The notes under the pieces were generated by a model. That model made no database searches, was not told the DNA's origin, and was given only the letters and a program-made list of their open reading frames with translations. The position numbers and the translations under genes are program-made. This document shows, piece after piece, positions 22,428 to 35,642 of a DNA stretch of 64,000 nucleotides. Numbering within the stretch: the first letter of the stretch is position 1; every line of letters starts with the position of its first letter. Source of the stretch: Dendrobates tinctorius (Eukaryota). The stretch is from positions 8,122,001 to 8,186,000 of the forward strand of contig NW_027361684.1 in the NCBI RefSeq assembly GCF_039654945.1. The letters are read 5' to 3'.

Positions 22428-25114
22428 TACATTCATTCTAGTATCAATAACATAAGAATGGAAGAGCGCAGAGATCTAAGAACAGAGTCTTCAGAATTCT
22501 GCAATACCAGAGTACATTTACCTACGGAAAAGCTGTAGTTTCAAATATATTAAATTTTGGTCTACTGGGATTTACCCTGTCCTGCATTGTGAAATATATT
22601 ATTCAGAAAATGTTGGTCTTCTGCTGAAACGTGCGATACGTGACCAGCAGACTCAACTCCACAAGATGTATTCCACCAAAAGTATACGCAAGATAAGCTC
22701 AGGAAGCTATTTAGGGAAAGTGAGACAGATCAATGCCTGGGAAACTTGTAGAAAACCTAAAATAGCACTCGAAGGATAAAAAAAACTCACCAGAATGGTT
22801 TTCAGGCTCGTTCAGTCCTAATAGATGAGCCATCAATCCTCAAGATGAGTGTGAAAGCGGAGCTTAGGTAAACTACACTATAAATACAAAATATACATTA
22901 GAGTTTCACTATTACCAGAAGGAGAACAAGGAGCTGGAATGGGGTAAGAAACGTTCAGAGCCAACAGTTTATAGAGTGCTTCTCCAGTTCTATAGCGGAC
23001 CATCATTAGGATCGGCCATCCATATTAGATCGGTGAAGGTCAGGTTTTCCCGCATCCCTGTTTATCAGCTCCTTGAAGGGGCTGGGACTCTTCCGTGAGC
23101 TTTGCATCCCCTTTGTACATTGCTTTGTACTGGACAACAGCATATTCATGTGATGTCCAGAAAGAGAAAAAATTTCACCCTCCATGTAAAACGTTCCTTT
23201 ATTTCATACTGTAAAAAAGTTGCAGCGAGAGAATGGTGGGACACTTCATGAGATAATGGCCGATTCGCGCTGTCTGCGCTTCAATGGGTCCTGTACCGAA
23301 GGTCCTGTGACTTTTTTACAATATGAAATAAAGGAACGTTTTACATGGACGGTGAGTGCCACCTTTTTTCTCTTTCTGGACAAAGTTTAAAACTTTTTTC
23401 TGGTGTGCACTTGAACTCTTTATTGACCGGTGTCGTCTTCATACAGGCTGATGAGGTAATTTGCAATGGCAGAAAATAGGGGATTTGGTGCCGGTATTTT
23501 GTCTTGTCTTCCGGTACATATTCATGAAATGATTGGCGGGGTGCCAAGCGTAAGTTCACCACTGATGCACCACAGATGGCTTAGCCTACAGATCATTAAT
23601 TTTGCCAAACAGGATTTTAATGCATATAAAAAATGATATATTGAGTATGACAGGACCAGAAATGAGGGATCACCACCTGGTCAGGTTTGCTGCACCGATC
23701 CTCTGAGCCTGTTAAACTTTTGCACAGGCATGACAAATCTAACACAAGTAGTAACAGTCGTTCTGTCCTGCTAGGAACGTGAATAAGGGAAAACAGAGGG
23801 GAACCCAACGGCGAAACATCACTTATAGTAATGGTGTTCTCATACGGGACAGTGGAAACATTCGGACTCCTTCAAGCGCCAATGTTTGGGTAAGAACCCG
23901 ACCTTGGGACCCCCATAACTACACAGGTAATTATTTAAAGTCCACCCATGTATTTGCACTAGAAGACAGGAGTTTACTATAAATCAGGGATATCGTCCAG
24001 ATGGGACACGGAGATCATTAATCTAGTGATTAGTGATGAGCAGACATGCCACATCCTTGACTTTTTCCTCCGTGTCGGCACAGACCGTTCTAATTTTTGA
24101 TAAATGATAATAAAAGATGAAATGGAATGGACTTCAGTGTTGTCTCCAATGTGGGAGTTAAATACAAGAACTATTTTCTGCTTTAAAGGCTTATCACTAA
24201 GAAAACAGATTACGACCAAACATCAAGAATAAATGGATTTCCATCTAGGAGCAGCTGGTGAGATGGAGATTTACCGTACATGAAGAGACGGGAAGGGTTC
24301 TTACCAAAAATAACAAAACCAATAGCCCAAAGAACGTACCATACGGTGCCAGCCGCACGCTGGGAGAGGCACAGGATAAAATATTAACCCCTGCTTTATT
24401 AGTAAATCCGTCATCCCTCTGAACATTGCACCTCTCCGGTCTGACCCCAGTTCAAGGGGAAGAGGTAATTATATAGGATATCAGGGGGCCTAGCGAGGGG
24501 TTGTATGGACTGACAAGATCTCCTGTGAGGGAAGGAAGAAATTAACTTAGATGCATTCCTGCCTTCTCCCCAAAGATTCACCGCAGCAGAGGAGGAGAAC
24601 GCAGCACCCCCCAGAGCGGAATAGTAATGAGAAACATGACAATTATGGCACGCTTCATACATTACATCACAGGAATCACAACTGCGAGCGATAGTAGAGC
24701 GCGCGGCAATGATACAACACTACAGCCACAGAATGCCGAAAATTACACAGGCATCAGTCTCAGAGTCGGACGCCATGTTCACAAAATATAAATAAGAATT
24801 TCATGTACTAAATGCTAGAGAAAAGCTGCAAAGTAAAGTAGACTTCATAGAACCGGACAACTTAGTTATAGCAATTTCTAATAATGTATGTATGCATGTA
24901 TGTATAAAACACATACATACAGCTTAAAGTGGTCACACTGTTAAATATACAATTTTCCTGTTAAATCAGACAAAATATTTTTAGAGACTGACCATATTTC
25001 TCTACATAGCAGTTACATATTTGTTATAGTGCCCGCTGATATCAGAACATTCATCTACATATGCAACAAAAAAAATAATTTGATGGCATGAGTGCATCAT
25101 GCCAAGATGCTTAA

Positions 25115-25619
25115 AGGGGTCATCCACTAGTCTGACAACCCCTTCTGAATTCCCATGTCATCCCCCCAATAAAAAAAAAAAACTACACTTTGGCTTAATT
25201 CACACGTCAGCATTTTTGAGCAGCGTTACATTAGTATTTTTGAGCAGTATTTTATTAGTACTTTTATGCCAAAACACAGAATAGATGTCAATCTTTGAAT
25301 TATAGTTTTTCTCTAAGTGTCCCACTTCTGGTTTTGGCATACAAATACTGACCAAATACGGACGTGTGAATGAGGCCTTATACTTGCCTCAGATTCTGGC
25401 ACCATTCCAGAGATGTTGCCACTGGCTCTCCTGGGGATTGCCTGACATTATGTCTCTTGCTTCTCTCTTGCCTCCATTAGACAAATCAAGACATCTGGAG
25501 AAAGTGAGAGAGGTACTCACAAGATCCCCAGGAGAGCCAGTGCTAACACCGATGAAATGGCGCCAAACACCAGAGGTGAGTGTAGGTGTTATTATTTTAC
25601 TGGGTAGTGGACAACCCCT
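25115..25619. mobile_element. TTAA-target MITE (T2/Kolobok-like) with a smaller MITE nested at about 25192-25377
   Basis: TTAA-AGGGGTCATCCACTA ... TAGTGGACAACCCCT-TTAA. Confidence 0.75.
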
Positions 25620-25891
25620 TTAAAAATTAATACTGCACTTTACGGACAGAACATGGCTGCCCAGTTCACTGATTGGCTGCAGAAGTCACACAATAACTGC
25701 TCATAAACAAAAGCATAAGGACCACCGGAGAATTGAGCCTGGAATGCCTTGGAAAAGAGCTGAACACTTATTTTTGGGCTTTGTAAGATTTGCAGTAGTT
25801 TTTCTTTTAGAGCCCCATTAAATGTTGATGAGAAGTGACATCTAGTGTGCTGGTTCTTGTTGAATGGCTTAACTAAAAAATCTAGAATCCT

Positions 25892-28800
25892 ACATTGTGG
25901 CCTTGCATCTGACCAGAGATACTGTTTGGTGCGTGCAGAAACCTTGGGTACAATGGTCTGTCCATGCATTTCACACTAGTTATTCGAGAGGGGTTTCACT
26001 GCTGGTACATAGAGATGTTAGATGGGAAGCCAGGGAGACCCGGAGGGATTCTGAAGGTAGCTTTGTTTTTGTACATGCATTGATAAAAAGCAGGAAATAT
26101 GTAATCCTATGTGTGTTTATAACCCCCCCCCCCCCCCCCCCGGCTAATACGTTCATTCTTCAAAAAGCAATGAGCTTTGCCCTAAATTATCCAGACGCGG
26201 ACGTTATCTGTATGGGAGACTTCAATATGGTCATGAATACTTACCTTGACAAATTGAGATTAGAGGGAGGCACGTCTGGGGGAGTCTCTTCGCTGAATGT
26301 GACCCAACTGTCACTATTTATGGAGGGTGGTGGGTGGCTAGATTTATGGAGGATGTGTCACCCTGAATCAAGGGAGTATACCTGCCACTCATGCACTAAG
26401 CGATCTCTATCGCGCATAGACTACATATTCGGATCCAGCGGCCTGGCGATGTGGGTAGACGGTATAGAACATGGCAGTAGGGGGATTTCAGACCATAGTC
26501 CAGTCATTCTTAAACTTAAATATGGACAACCAAATAATAGGATGTTCTGGAAGTTGAATCCTTTTTGGTTAAAGCTGATGGTGACTCCAGATAGAACGAT
26601 CGATCAGTTGCATTGCTTCATCTCGTCCCACCCAGAACCTCAAGATATCAATTTATTTTGGGATGCCCTTAAGGCATATCTGAGGGGTTGCTTATCCTCC
26701 ACGATTTCTTATATTAAAAGGGTAACCTCAAGGGAGGATGATGAGATGGAGCAGTGATTGAAAGATTCAGAGGCTACATATATATCTAACCAAACTAGCG
26801 GTAACAGGACTGAGTGGTTGGCTGCTCAGAGGTTATATGCTCAGCATAAGGACACTAAGTCCAAGCGTAAACTATTCTTTAACAACTCAAATACAATACT
26901 ACAGATTCGTAAGCCGGATGATTCATTGGTATCGTCAACCGAAGAAATACTTGGCTGTTTTTATGATTATTACAGATTATATGAATCTAAAAGTGACTGT
27001 GACAGCTTGGGGTGTTTAGATTATTTGTCAGATGTGACATTCCCTACATTAGACCCTGAACAGCGGGCCCTTATGGACGCTGAATTTACTGCGGAGGACA
27101 TAGAAAATGCCATAACGGACATGGCCTCCGGGAAGGCTCCTGGGCCGGACGGATTTCCTATTGAATTGTACAGGAAATATCGGGATATATTAACGCCACT
27201 GTTGGTTAAAGTATTTCGGGGAATTTGGGAAGGGAATTCTATGCCTGAATCCTTTTACGAAGCCAATATCATAGTACTTAAGAAGGAGGGGAAGCACCCT
27301 TTGGAATGTGGATCCTACCGCCCTATCTCGTTAGTAAATGTGGACTATAACATTTTCACTAAGATTCTAGCTACCAGACTGAATTCGATTATATTGAGCC
27401 TTATACATTCTGATCAAACAGGCTTTATGCCTGCTAAGAGCACTTCCATTATCAGACGGGTCCAGTCAATAGCCCAATATAGCTCGCTAAGGGTACCGTT
27501 ACACCTAGCGACTCACCAGCGATCCCGACCAGCGATATGACGCGGTCAGGATCGCTGGTGCATCGCTAGGTGGTCGCTAGTGAGCTGCCACACAGGCAGA
27601 TCTCACTAGCGACATCGCTGGGGACGGGGATCGCTACTTACCTGTCAGACGCGGCGATCCTGCGTCCTCCCGCCCGGCTCCACGCGTCGCTTGTCGTCAC
27701 AGCAGGAAGCGCCGCAGGAAGTGACCGACGAGAAATGATCCAGCAGCTTCTCGCGCGATCAGCGATAACCAGCGGGGGAGCCGGTCGGAGGTATCACATG
27801 CAGCGATATCGCTAGCAATATCGCTGCAACGTCACAAAATCGGTGACTTTACAGCGATATTGCTAGCGATATCTCAGTGTGTAACGGGGGCTTAATGCCA
27901 GATAACAAGTGGGCACTGGCATCGCTAGACGCTGCCAAAGCTTTTGACTCTCTTGAGTGGCCTTTCCTTTCCACGTGCTTATAAAGATATGGCTTTGGTG
28001 ATAAATTTATAAAATGGATCAAAGCACTATATATGAAGCCCAAGGCCCGTATCATAGTGAATGGCTCTGTGTCTGAGTCTTTTCCATTACATAGGGGGAC
28101 TCGTCAAGGGTGTCCCCTCTCCCCGGCCCTATTTGCGGCAATATGCATTAGGTCTTCCCCTGGCATTAGAGGTATAAATATAGTGGGTCGGGTAGATATC
28201 ATTGGTCTATATGCTGACGATATGGTGATATTCATGGATGAAGCGGAGGAGACTCTACCACAAGTAATTGCCATTATAGATTCAGTAAATACTCAGGTCT
28301 ATATATAAATTGGGAGAAGTCCGCTCTGTTACCCCTTTCCCATGCCCCAATGCCCCAGCTAGAAGCTCTCTCTTCGCTGTCTATTGTATCTAGTTTTAAA
28401 TATTTGGGTATACACATATCTCGAATTAATACGCTTGACTCACAACTCAATATTCACCCACTGCTGGAACTAGTTAAAGTGAAATTTACAACTTGGAGCA
28501 CACTCCCACTGTCTGTGGCCGGATGTATTAACCTGATTAAAATGATATTACTCCCCAAGCTCAGCTACTCCCTTCAGCATAGTGCCGTAGTGGTACCCAA
28601 ATCCTTCTTTGTAAGTCTCAATTCCCAGATCACATATTTCATCTGGGGGAAAACTAGGCCTAAACTTAAATTGATCACCCTGCAGAGATCAAAAAAGGGA
28701 GGTGGGGCGGCGTTACCAGATTTTTTCTTATACTATTTGGCTGGGCAAGCTAAAGCTTTAAATAAATGGATGCCGGGTAGTTGCCTCCCCAATTCGGAAA

Positions 28801-30088
28801 GCCACCTACTCCATGCTGCACGAACTGCCTGCCCACTAGGCTTCCTTGAGTTGGAGAGGACTAATGTCCCTCGTCTACTACCCTTGCTCCGACTGGCGAG
28901 ATTAGTATGGAGACAAATTAAAAAAGTGATTGGGTTTAAAGATTTTATAGCTGAAATGCCCCTGTGGAATAATGATTATTTCCCGGAACTACTGAACCAC
29001 CCATCCACTGATTTTTGGATGCAACATAAAGTCTCCTCGATGGGAGACTTGTATGACCAGTTTTTCCGTTATTTACAGCTGATGTCGGCTCTTCAATCAC
29101 ACATGAGATGTGGGGGTGTGGACCATACTATTTCATCTCTGCCTCTGATAGGAAGCCTTAATTCGCAGGGTCCCATCTCCTCTTTATACACGTACATGCT
29201 GTCGGTGGGAACGGAATCTGCTATAAGCTCTATTAGAAGGAAATGGGAAAGACTCATCCCTGATACTCAGGGAGAGGAGTGGGAGGAGATCCTGGAGCCT
29301 CCAAATGGAATATCACCATCTATTAATAATAGAATGATACAGTTGTATATAATTAATCAATCATACTTAACTCAGACACGTCTTTTCAGGATGGGTCGAC
29401 TTCAAATAGACTGTCTGCGATGTCATTCACCAGATGCGGATTTTGTTCACATGATCTGACAATGTCCCATTATTTTACATTATTGGAAAGAGGTGACCCT
29501 GATTTTGTCATCCTTGATGCAGGCCCCAGTCCCTCTTGAACCACTGGTCTGCTTGTTTGGGGTATGGGATGAGGAGAATTGGGGTCATCATGATGGGATT
29601 TTTCTGCGTGAAACACTATTTATGGCACGGAAGGTGTTGGCACTACAGTGGATGGGGGGTTTGTGTCCCTCCCTTAGAATGTTGATTGACCTGGTGAACT
29701 CGATTGTTCCATACGAACGTATGCTTTATCAAACTAGGGGATGCCCGGGCAAGTTTGAGAAGATCTGGGAGAGGTGGAATTCCTCTCACCTTACTTTGCA
29801 AAATTGAGACATCATATGTGAGATAATATGATATAAGATATTAGGCTGCGCAGTAGTAGGCACCAGTTGATGTAGTTGTAGTTTAGGAATTTTCTTTATT
29901 ATCTGAATGACAATATTGATAACAGCTTGTGAAACTCAACTGATATACATGCTTCACAATGTATAACCGGCTGTTATTGCTGTATACTTGAAAGGCTGTG
30001 TGTGTAATTAATTATCATAAGCCAAAATGTATGTTCTGCATTCTTTTTGTAAAATAAACAAATTTAAAAAAAAAAAAATAAAAAAAAT
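25892..30088 (+). mobile_element. 5'-truncated L1-clade LINE (ORF2 EN-RT-CCHC pseudogene, 3' UTR, polyA)
   Basis: EN motifs MGDFN, SRIDY, SDHSPV; RT motifs KAPGPDG, YRPISL, QTGF, LDAAKAFD, RQGCPLSP, YADD; C-terminal CLRC...HMI. AATAAA at 30053, polyA tail, TSD AAATCTAGAATCCT (25878-25891, 30089-30102). Contains stops and frameshifts. Confidence 0.95.
27491..27892. mobile_element. AGCGAT-rich MITE inserted in the L1 RT domain
   Basis: TAA TSD (27488-27490, 27893-27895); termini GGGTACCGTTACAC / GTGTAACGGGGGCT. Removing it restores SSLMPDNKWALASLDAAKAFD. Confidence 0.92.
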
Positions 30089-30457
30089 AAATCTAGAATC
30101 CTGTTGATAACAGTTTGTTAGAATATCCAGGCTAGGAAGGACACAATTTGGATGTCGTGAGAGAGAAGCTAAAGACCAGAATGGGGCGCCATAACAAGAA
30201 TTTTGCAGCATTCTCATAACCATACTGACAGGTCGAGTTTAATGTTCACCAAAGAAATCAAAATTAATAGGAGATAAACAATGACTAATATGCAAATTCT
30301 ATTAGTCTTAAGATATACACATGAAGGCTGAGCCAAAAACAACAAGAGGTACATTGGGCCACAGAATTACTTGTTAGAATCTACCACTCCACCAGATTCC
30401 CTGACATAGGGAGCAGACGTTGGTAACAATATGGTATAATTTCAGCATAGTTTGTAC

Positions 30458-30589
30458 CTGGATCTGTCCCTTGCCCATGATCTTGTCCACAATCTCGTTG
30501 TTGTCTTTGTTGAGCTTGCTTTTGTCATAGCATTTCTCATAGCACAAGATTCGCAGGTACTGAGACCCCTCCAACTCAATTTCAAATTC
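30458..30589 (-). CDS. ABR: ABR internal exon (C2): [44 protein letters not shown]
   Basis: 132 nt, phase 0-0. Acceptor ccggcag|GAA, donor CAG|gtacaa. [16 protein letters not shown] is ABR-type rather than BCR-type. Confidence 0.96.
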
Positions 30590-30719
30590 CTGCCGGAAAA
30601 AAAGAGCATAACGCTGGTATCAAGGTGCAGAACTTGGGCTAAGAATGTATAGATTCAATAGTAGCACACTCCAAGTTGTGGTTAAAAAGTTTTTTGACCA
30701 AAATCAGTTGTCAATTTAA

Positions 30720-31162
30720 AGCACTCCTCATCCCAAAAAAGTTTTCATCCTGCTAATATATTTTAGTCATCATATTATAAAGCACTGTGTTCTTACAATT
30801 GCTCATTTTGTCTTTCTACCCAGCTAATTCTTCTCTTTTCTGTGTTCTGTGTAGAAACAGGAAGTCTCTTGTCCCTGCAGAAATCATTCCCCTCTTCACC
30901 TCCTGACCCAGCTGCTCCCTCCTCCCTGCTGCCAGGGACTTTTGCAGTGATGTCTCATACAGGGAAAATTTACCTCCTGTTTCTACACAGAGCTTAGAAG
31001 GATTCAGTTAGTCAGTTTTTAATCACGTGCTGTCATAGACCTAATTGAAAACAGAAGAATTAACTGGGTAGAAGGGAACATGAGCAATTGTAAGTACACA
31101 GTGCTGTAGAATAGGATTACATTAAGGAGGATACAAGTGTTTATGGGAGGAGGAGCAATTCT
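30720..31162. mobile_element. Old fold-back MITE
   Basis: Long imperfect inverted arms, e.g. CTTACAATTGCTCAT / ATGAGCAATTGTAAG and GTGTAGAAACAGGA / TCCTGTTTCTACAC; begins after TTAA. Confidence 0.6.
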
Positions 31163-31730
31163 TTCATAAAATTGAATCAACTTACTTTTTTGTTAAATAA
31201 GGAAATTTGGTCACTATTACAACAAGAAAAGCAAAATATATATATATCCATATTTGTACAATCATGATCCTAAAATGTGTTTATTAGGCAAAAAGAGAAA
31301 TGGGAACTAAGATTTTCTCTGTTGTCAAACTTCTAAACTTGTTCATTTTTAAGATTCTAAGCAGACTATTTTAATAAATACTAGAAATCTGCGGTTAGCT
31401 GATATAACCAGCAGCTAGCTGATGTAACTAATTTCTCATTAGAGAAATCCCACTGGACTCAATGGGGGTTGTTAATGGAAAGATTTCATCACATTAGTCT
31501 TAGATCAAAAAAGAAAACTAGGAAACAGAATAATGTAGAAAAAAAGCAGGTATGAAGAATGGCTGTCCAATTAAAGTATATGTAACTGGACCTGTGCATG
31601 GGATAATCCCTTTAACGAGACCATTTAAATTTCTTTTTTGTCATGTCAGCTAGTACATAGGCTGTATGGATATGATAAGATCGTTGTCGAGAGAAGCACA
31701 AAAGTCTGGGCAATGCTCCTCACTGCTCAC

Positions 31731-31828
31731 CTCGTTCCACTCAGGTTCTGTAGTGTCTCGGAAAACTCTAGTTTTAGCTTTGCTGACAAAATAGCCAAAC
31801 GAGTCTACTTCTAGTGTGCAGTATAGGT
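31731..31828 (-). CDS. ABR: ABR internal exon (C2): [33 protein letters not shown]
   Basis: 98 nt. Acceptor ctcctcag|AC, donor GAG|gtgagc (phase 0). Confidence 0.96.
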
Positions 31829-32251
31829 CTGAGGAGACAAGAAAGGAGGGCAAAATTCAGACGCAAGAAATAATCCACCTTTCAACTCTAAAGCCTACAA
31901 AACTATGCCATAGTGATATCTCTATATGTAATCGTGTTCTACTGGCTTCAGCCGTTTTGCAGCTGATTTTCGTCATATGTCGGATTTAGAAAAATGTTGG
32001 CGTTTCGGTGTTCCTCAAGAAATAACAAATCAGGAGAATATTTTCTTTAAACTCTGTTCCTGTTATCCATACTTGAAATTTATGAATTACCCTAATTGCC
32101 AGCTTGGTGTTACCATTCCTCATGAAAAAGGGGTGTATTCCTACACACTGAGGGCTGATTGGACTAGCTCGAAAATTGTAGGGACACACCCCCAGCTGGT
32201 AACAGTTAATTTATGTCAGAATTTGTAGGAGGAATAACAGAGGATCAAATA

Positions 32252-32412
32252 GAATGCAAGTCCGCAAGGGCAGGGTCCTCTCCCCTCTGTGCCAGGCTGT
32301 CATTGTAAATTTGTTTACTGCTAACGATATCTATAACTTTGTATGTAACCCCCATCCTCATGTACAGCACCATGGAATTAATGGTGCTATATAAATAAAT
32401 AATAATAATAAA
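32252..32412 (+). mobile_element. L2-type LINE 3' end
   Basis: GGGCAGGGTCCTCT...TGTACAGCACCATGGAATTAATGGTGCTATATAAATAAAT(AAT)n, a stem-loop plus short-repeat tail. A related tail lies at about 18577-18638. Confidence 0.65.
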
Positions 32413-34433
32413 ACCAAAGTTCTAAGAAAGAATGATCCAGAATTGTTACATCCTGTTATAACCACGACAAACAGGAGACCGATCCCCTAATCAGCCATTC
32501 TGACATATCCATCCAAGTAAAAACGTATACCTTTCCTAAAATAACATTGAGGAGGCACAGTTTCTTGGAGCTCTGCATTGTACTATTCCTCCTGGACATT
32601 TGTTTATAAATTGACAACTAGGTGTTACCACTTCCCTTGACAATAGCAGGGATTCTTACAATAAATGTCAGTATCTAATCAGCGCTGACAGCATCAATAG
32701 AGATACAACCAAATGACAAGGAAAGTGGTAATATCCAAGAAAAAGAAGAACAGCAGCATAATGCTGCCTTCAAAGCATTTTTTTAATGGTGAATGCAAGT
32801 ATTTACTAAGTGACAGGTCTTTATCAGGCAAGAGAAGACTTTAATAATCAAGATTATGAAAACTCCACATTGTACGTAGTGAAGTTGTGAGATGAAACGC
32901 GCCTCTGAGTGATATTGGATTACAACTTTGCATTTCTAGTTTTTTTTTTTTTTTTTCTTTAGAAATATTGTATAAGGTGTCGCCAAACCCGATGGGCAAT
33001 GTTAGTCAATGATCATAATTATCCCCCAATTAGATTGGTAAAGATAAAATCGCACTGAATACGACATGTGTTTTCAGGGAAATGTCAGGTCAGATTGCCT
33101 TTGAATATTGAGATCAAGTTGCAAGGTGAAGCCTAGTATTAGACATCAAAGCTTCCCTGCCATAAATACCCCGGCAATTCAGGGCAACCAAACTGAAGAG
33201 AATCGGGCCCCTTTAACTGAACTCTTGCATGACATTCATCTCTGGAGGACCTGATAAATATTAAGCGTGACCCTGTCACACTTGCAGGATCCTGTAAGCC
33301 TGTACATGAAAGGAGCCCGAGCTTAACATGTCAGCTCCACTTAGCTGCTTTAGATCAAAAGCTATTTTCCAACATGGGAGTTCAGGGCAATGGCTCATCT
33401 ATCAGGACGTATCCAGCCATATATCCCAAACACATTGTAGGGAAAACTTGCCATATTTAGCGGTGTTACATTTAGACGGGCCAAGGTGCATCTATGAAGA
33501 TCACCTCTTGCTTCATCGATTTTAGCTATGAAATGACATATTAACCCCTCTAAGGATACATTTACACAGGCCAATCAAGAGGGGCGGGGGGACTGCTTAT
33601 TTGCTATATTAAAGCTGATCGGTTGTCGTTTAAGGGCAACAAAACAGTGATGGGCACAGAACGACTGCTAATATTTTAGTACTGTCCCCATATAATATCA
33701 TGTTTTGACAGAACATGTGCTATTTACACAGGAAGATGCGCTGCACATGAGCTTTATGCTCATTTGTTGAGTGATTGCCAGTCTGGTTAAACAGACCAAT
33801 AACCGGGAACTGAGGCCTCTGAGGGTAGGTACACAAGGTCAGTAAGCAGTGCGGGTTGGACGCTGCGCACTTGCACAGCATCCAGATGTTACAGCATAGT
33901 GGTTGGGATTTCAAGAAATTTCATCCCACTTTGCGTCCAGAGACGCCCGCAGATCATTCGCGGAGACAGTGAATCTGTATGGTTCAAAGAACACATGTGA
34001 ATTCACCTGCGTTCAATAGACGGCAGCACTTTGGATGCAGCGGACATGTCCTGCGTCCAAAGCGCTGCCAATTACTAAACATCTGCACATACCCTTATGA
34101 ATGCTCAGTTGCTGATTACTGGCTCGTCTCAATGTGCAAAAAACAATATTTATGTACAGCTTAAAGGCTCCATAGATAATAGGGCAGACTCGTGTATAAA
34201 GCTTGATGCAGTAACATGTAGAAAACGAGGAACGTGGCACTCTACACCGGTATTATGCCACTTTCCTTGTTTGCTACCTGCTACAGTGATGAACTGAGCA
34301 CCGTATGATCTGGCGATTGGATCCGCATGTTATTGGTTTTCCTTAAGTTTGGGTGTGGGAGTAGCGCCAACATTTTTCCTTGCTACTCCTTTTATAAAGT
34401 TTGATGCTTATGATAAAATGAAGAATTGCTTTA

Positions 34434-35364
34434 GGCTGTGGGCCCACGTAGCGTTTTAAAACGCTTACTAAAAACCGGACTCCTTCCCAGAAATCACGCG
34501 TTTTTTTCAGCGCGATTTCACCGCGATTATGATCGCGATTTTGACGCGATTTTCGCGTGCGATATTCAAGCACTTTCCAAGCGATTTGAAGCATCGCTTG
34601 GAAAGTGTTTGACAGGTTGGTCACACTCGTCAAACATAGTGTTTGACAAGTGTGAGCAGCTTTTTACTATTGAGGCCGCCTATGCGGCATCAATAGTAAA
34701 AGATAGGATGTTAAAAATGCTAAAAAAAAATAAAAATAAAAAAAATCGGGGTATATTTACCTTCCGGCGTCCCGCGCTGCATTCCCAGGCCTCAGCGTTC
34801 TCAGTAATGCCTTGCGAGACCTGCGATGACGTAGTCTCGCGTTGCTATAGCGATCTCGTGAGACCGCTAGAGTCACACGAGACTACGTCATCACAGGACC
34901 TTGCCGCAAGGCATTACTGGGAACGCTTAGGCCGGGAATGCAGCGCAGGACGTCGGAAGGTAAATATACCCCGATTTTTTATTTTTTATTCTTTTTTTTA
35001 CAGGGGTATGGTACCCAGGGCCTGGAGGACAGTCTCCTCTCCTCCACACCGTGGGTACCAACCGCACATGAAACGCTTAACTTCCCGCATAGTGGGCATA
35101 GCCACATGCGGGAAGTAAGCGATTCTCATGCATTCCTATGGGTGTGGAATCGCGGCAATTCTTTGCGATTCCGCACAAAAGAATGAGCATGCTGCGATTT
35201 TTTCCGCGATGCGATTCCGCCGCGGAAAAAAGCGCAGCATTAGCACAGCATGTGCGGAATGCCATAGGAATGCATGGGGGGGCGTTCTGTACACGATTTG
35301 TAAGCGTTTTCGCGCCGAAAATCGCGGCAAAAACGCTTAAAAATCGCTACGTGGGCACATAGCC
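34434..35364. mobile_element. 931-bp MITE, TTA TSD (Harbinger-like)
   Basis: TIR GGCTGTGGGCCCACGTAGCG / CGCTACGTGGGCACATAGCC. A closely similar inverted copy lies at 52119-53000. Confidence 0.9.
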
Positions 35365-35642
35365 TTAGTCTTGCGGCTCGCTTCCTCTAGGACAGACATG
35401 ACGACAGTTTGCTCGTTTATTTTCTAAACTTCTAACAAAAATCAATATATAAAGTTGCGTATGCGTGGCCATTTCTTCAGCACAAGTTTGGGGGACCCCC
35501 ATCATTAAAATAGGTGCGAACCCCAGCTGTGGGATCCACATCTGCTGTTGTAGAGAAGGATCAGTGGCTGTGGGTCCAGAGGTGACAGATGAGGCCAATC
35601 CTGGCCCTGAAGGCTCGCCCACATACGTGAAATATGTAACTA

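Noticed and set aside
22791-22833. ATG-initiated mini-exon ending at CTG|GTGAGT
   Set aside because: Phase 1, incompatible with the downstream phase-0 exon. It could only be non-coding, and there is no supporting evidence.
34438-35118. 226-aa ORF
   Set aside because: Lies wholly within a non-coding MITE, has no recognisable domain, and is not preserved in the sister copy at 52119-53000.
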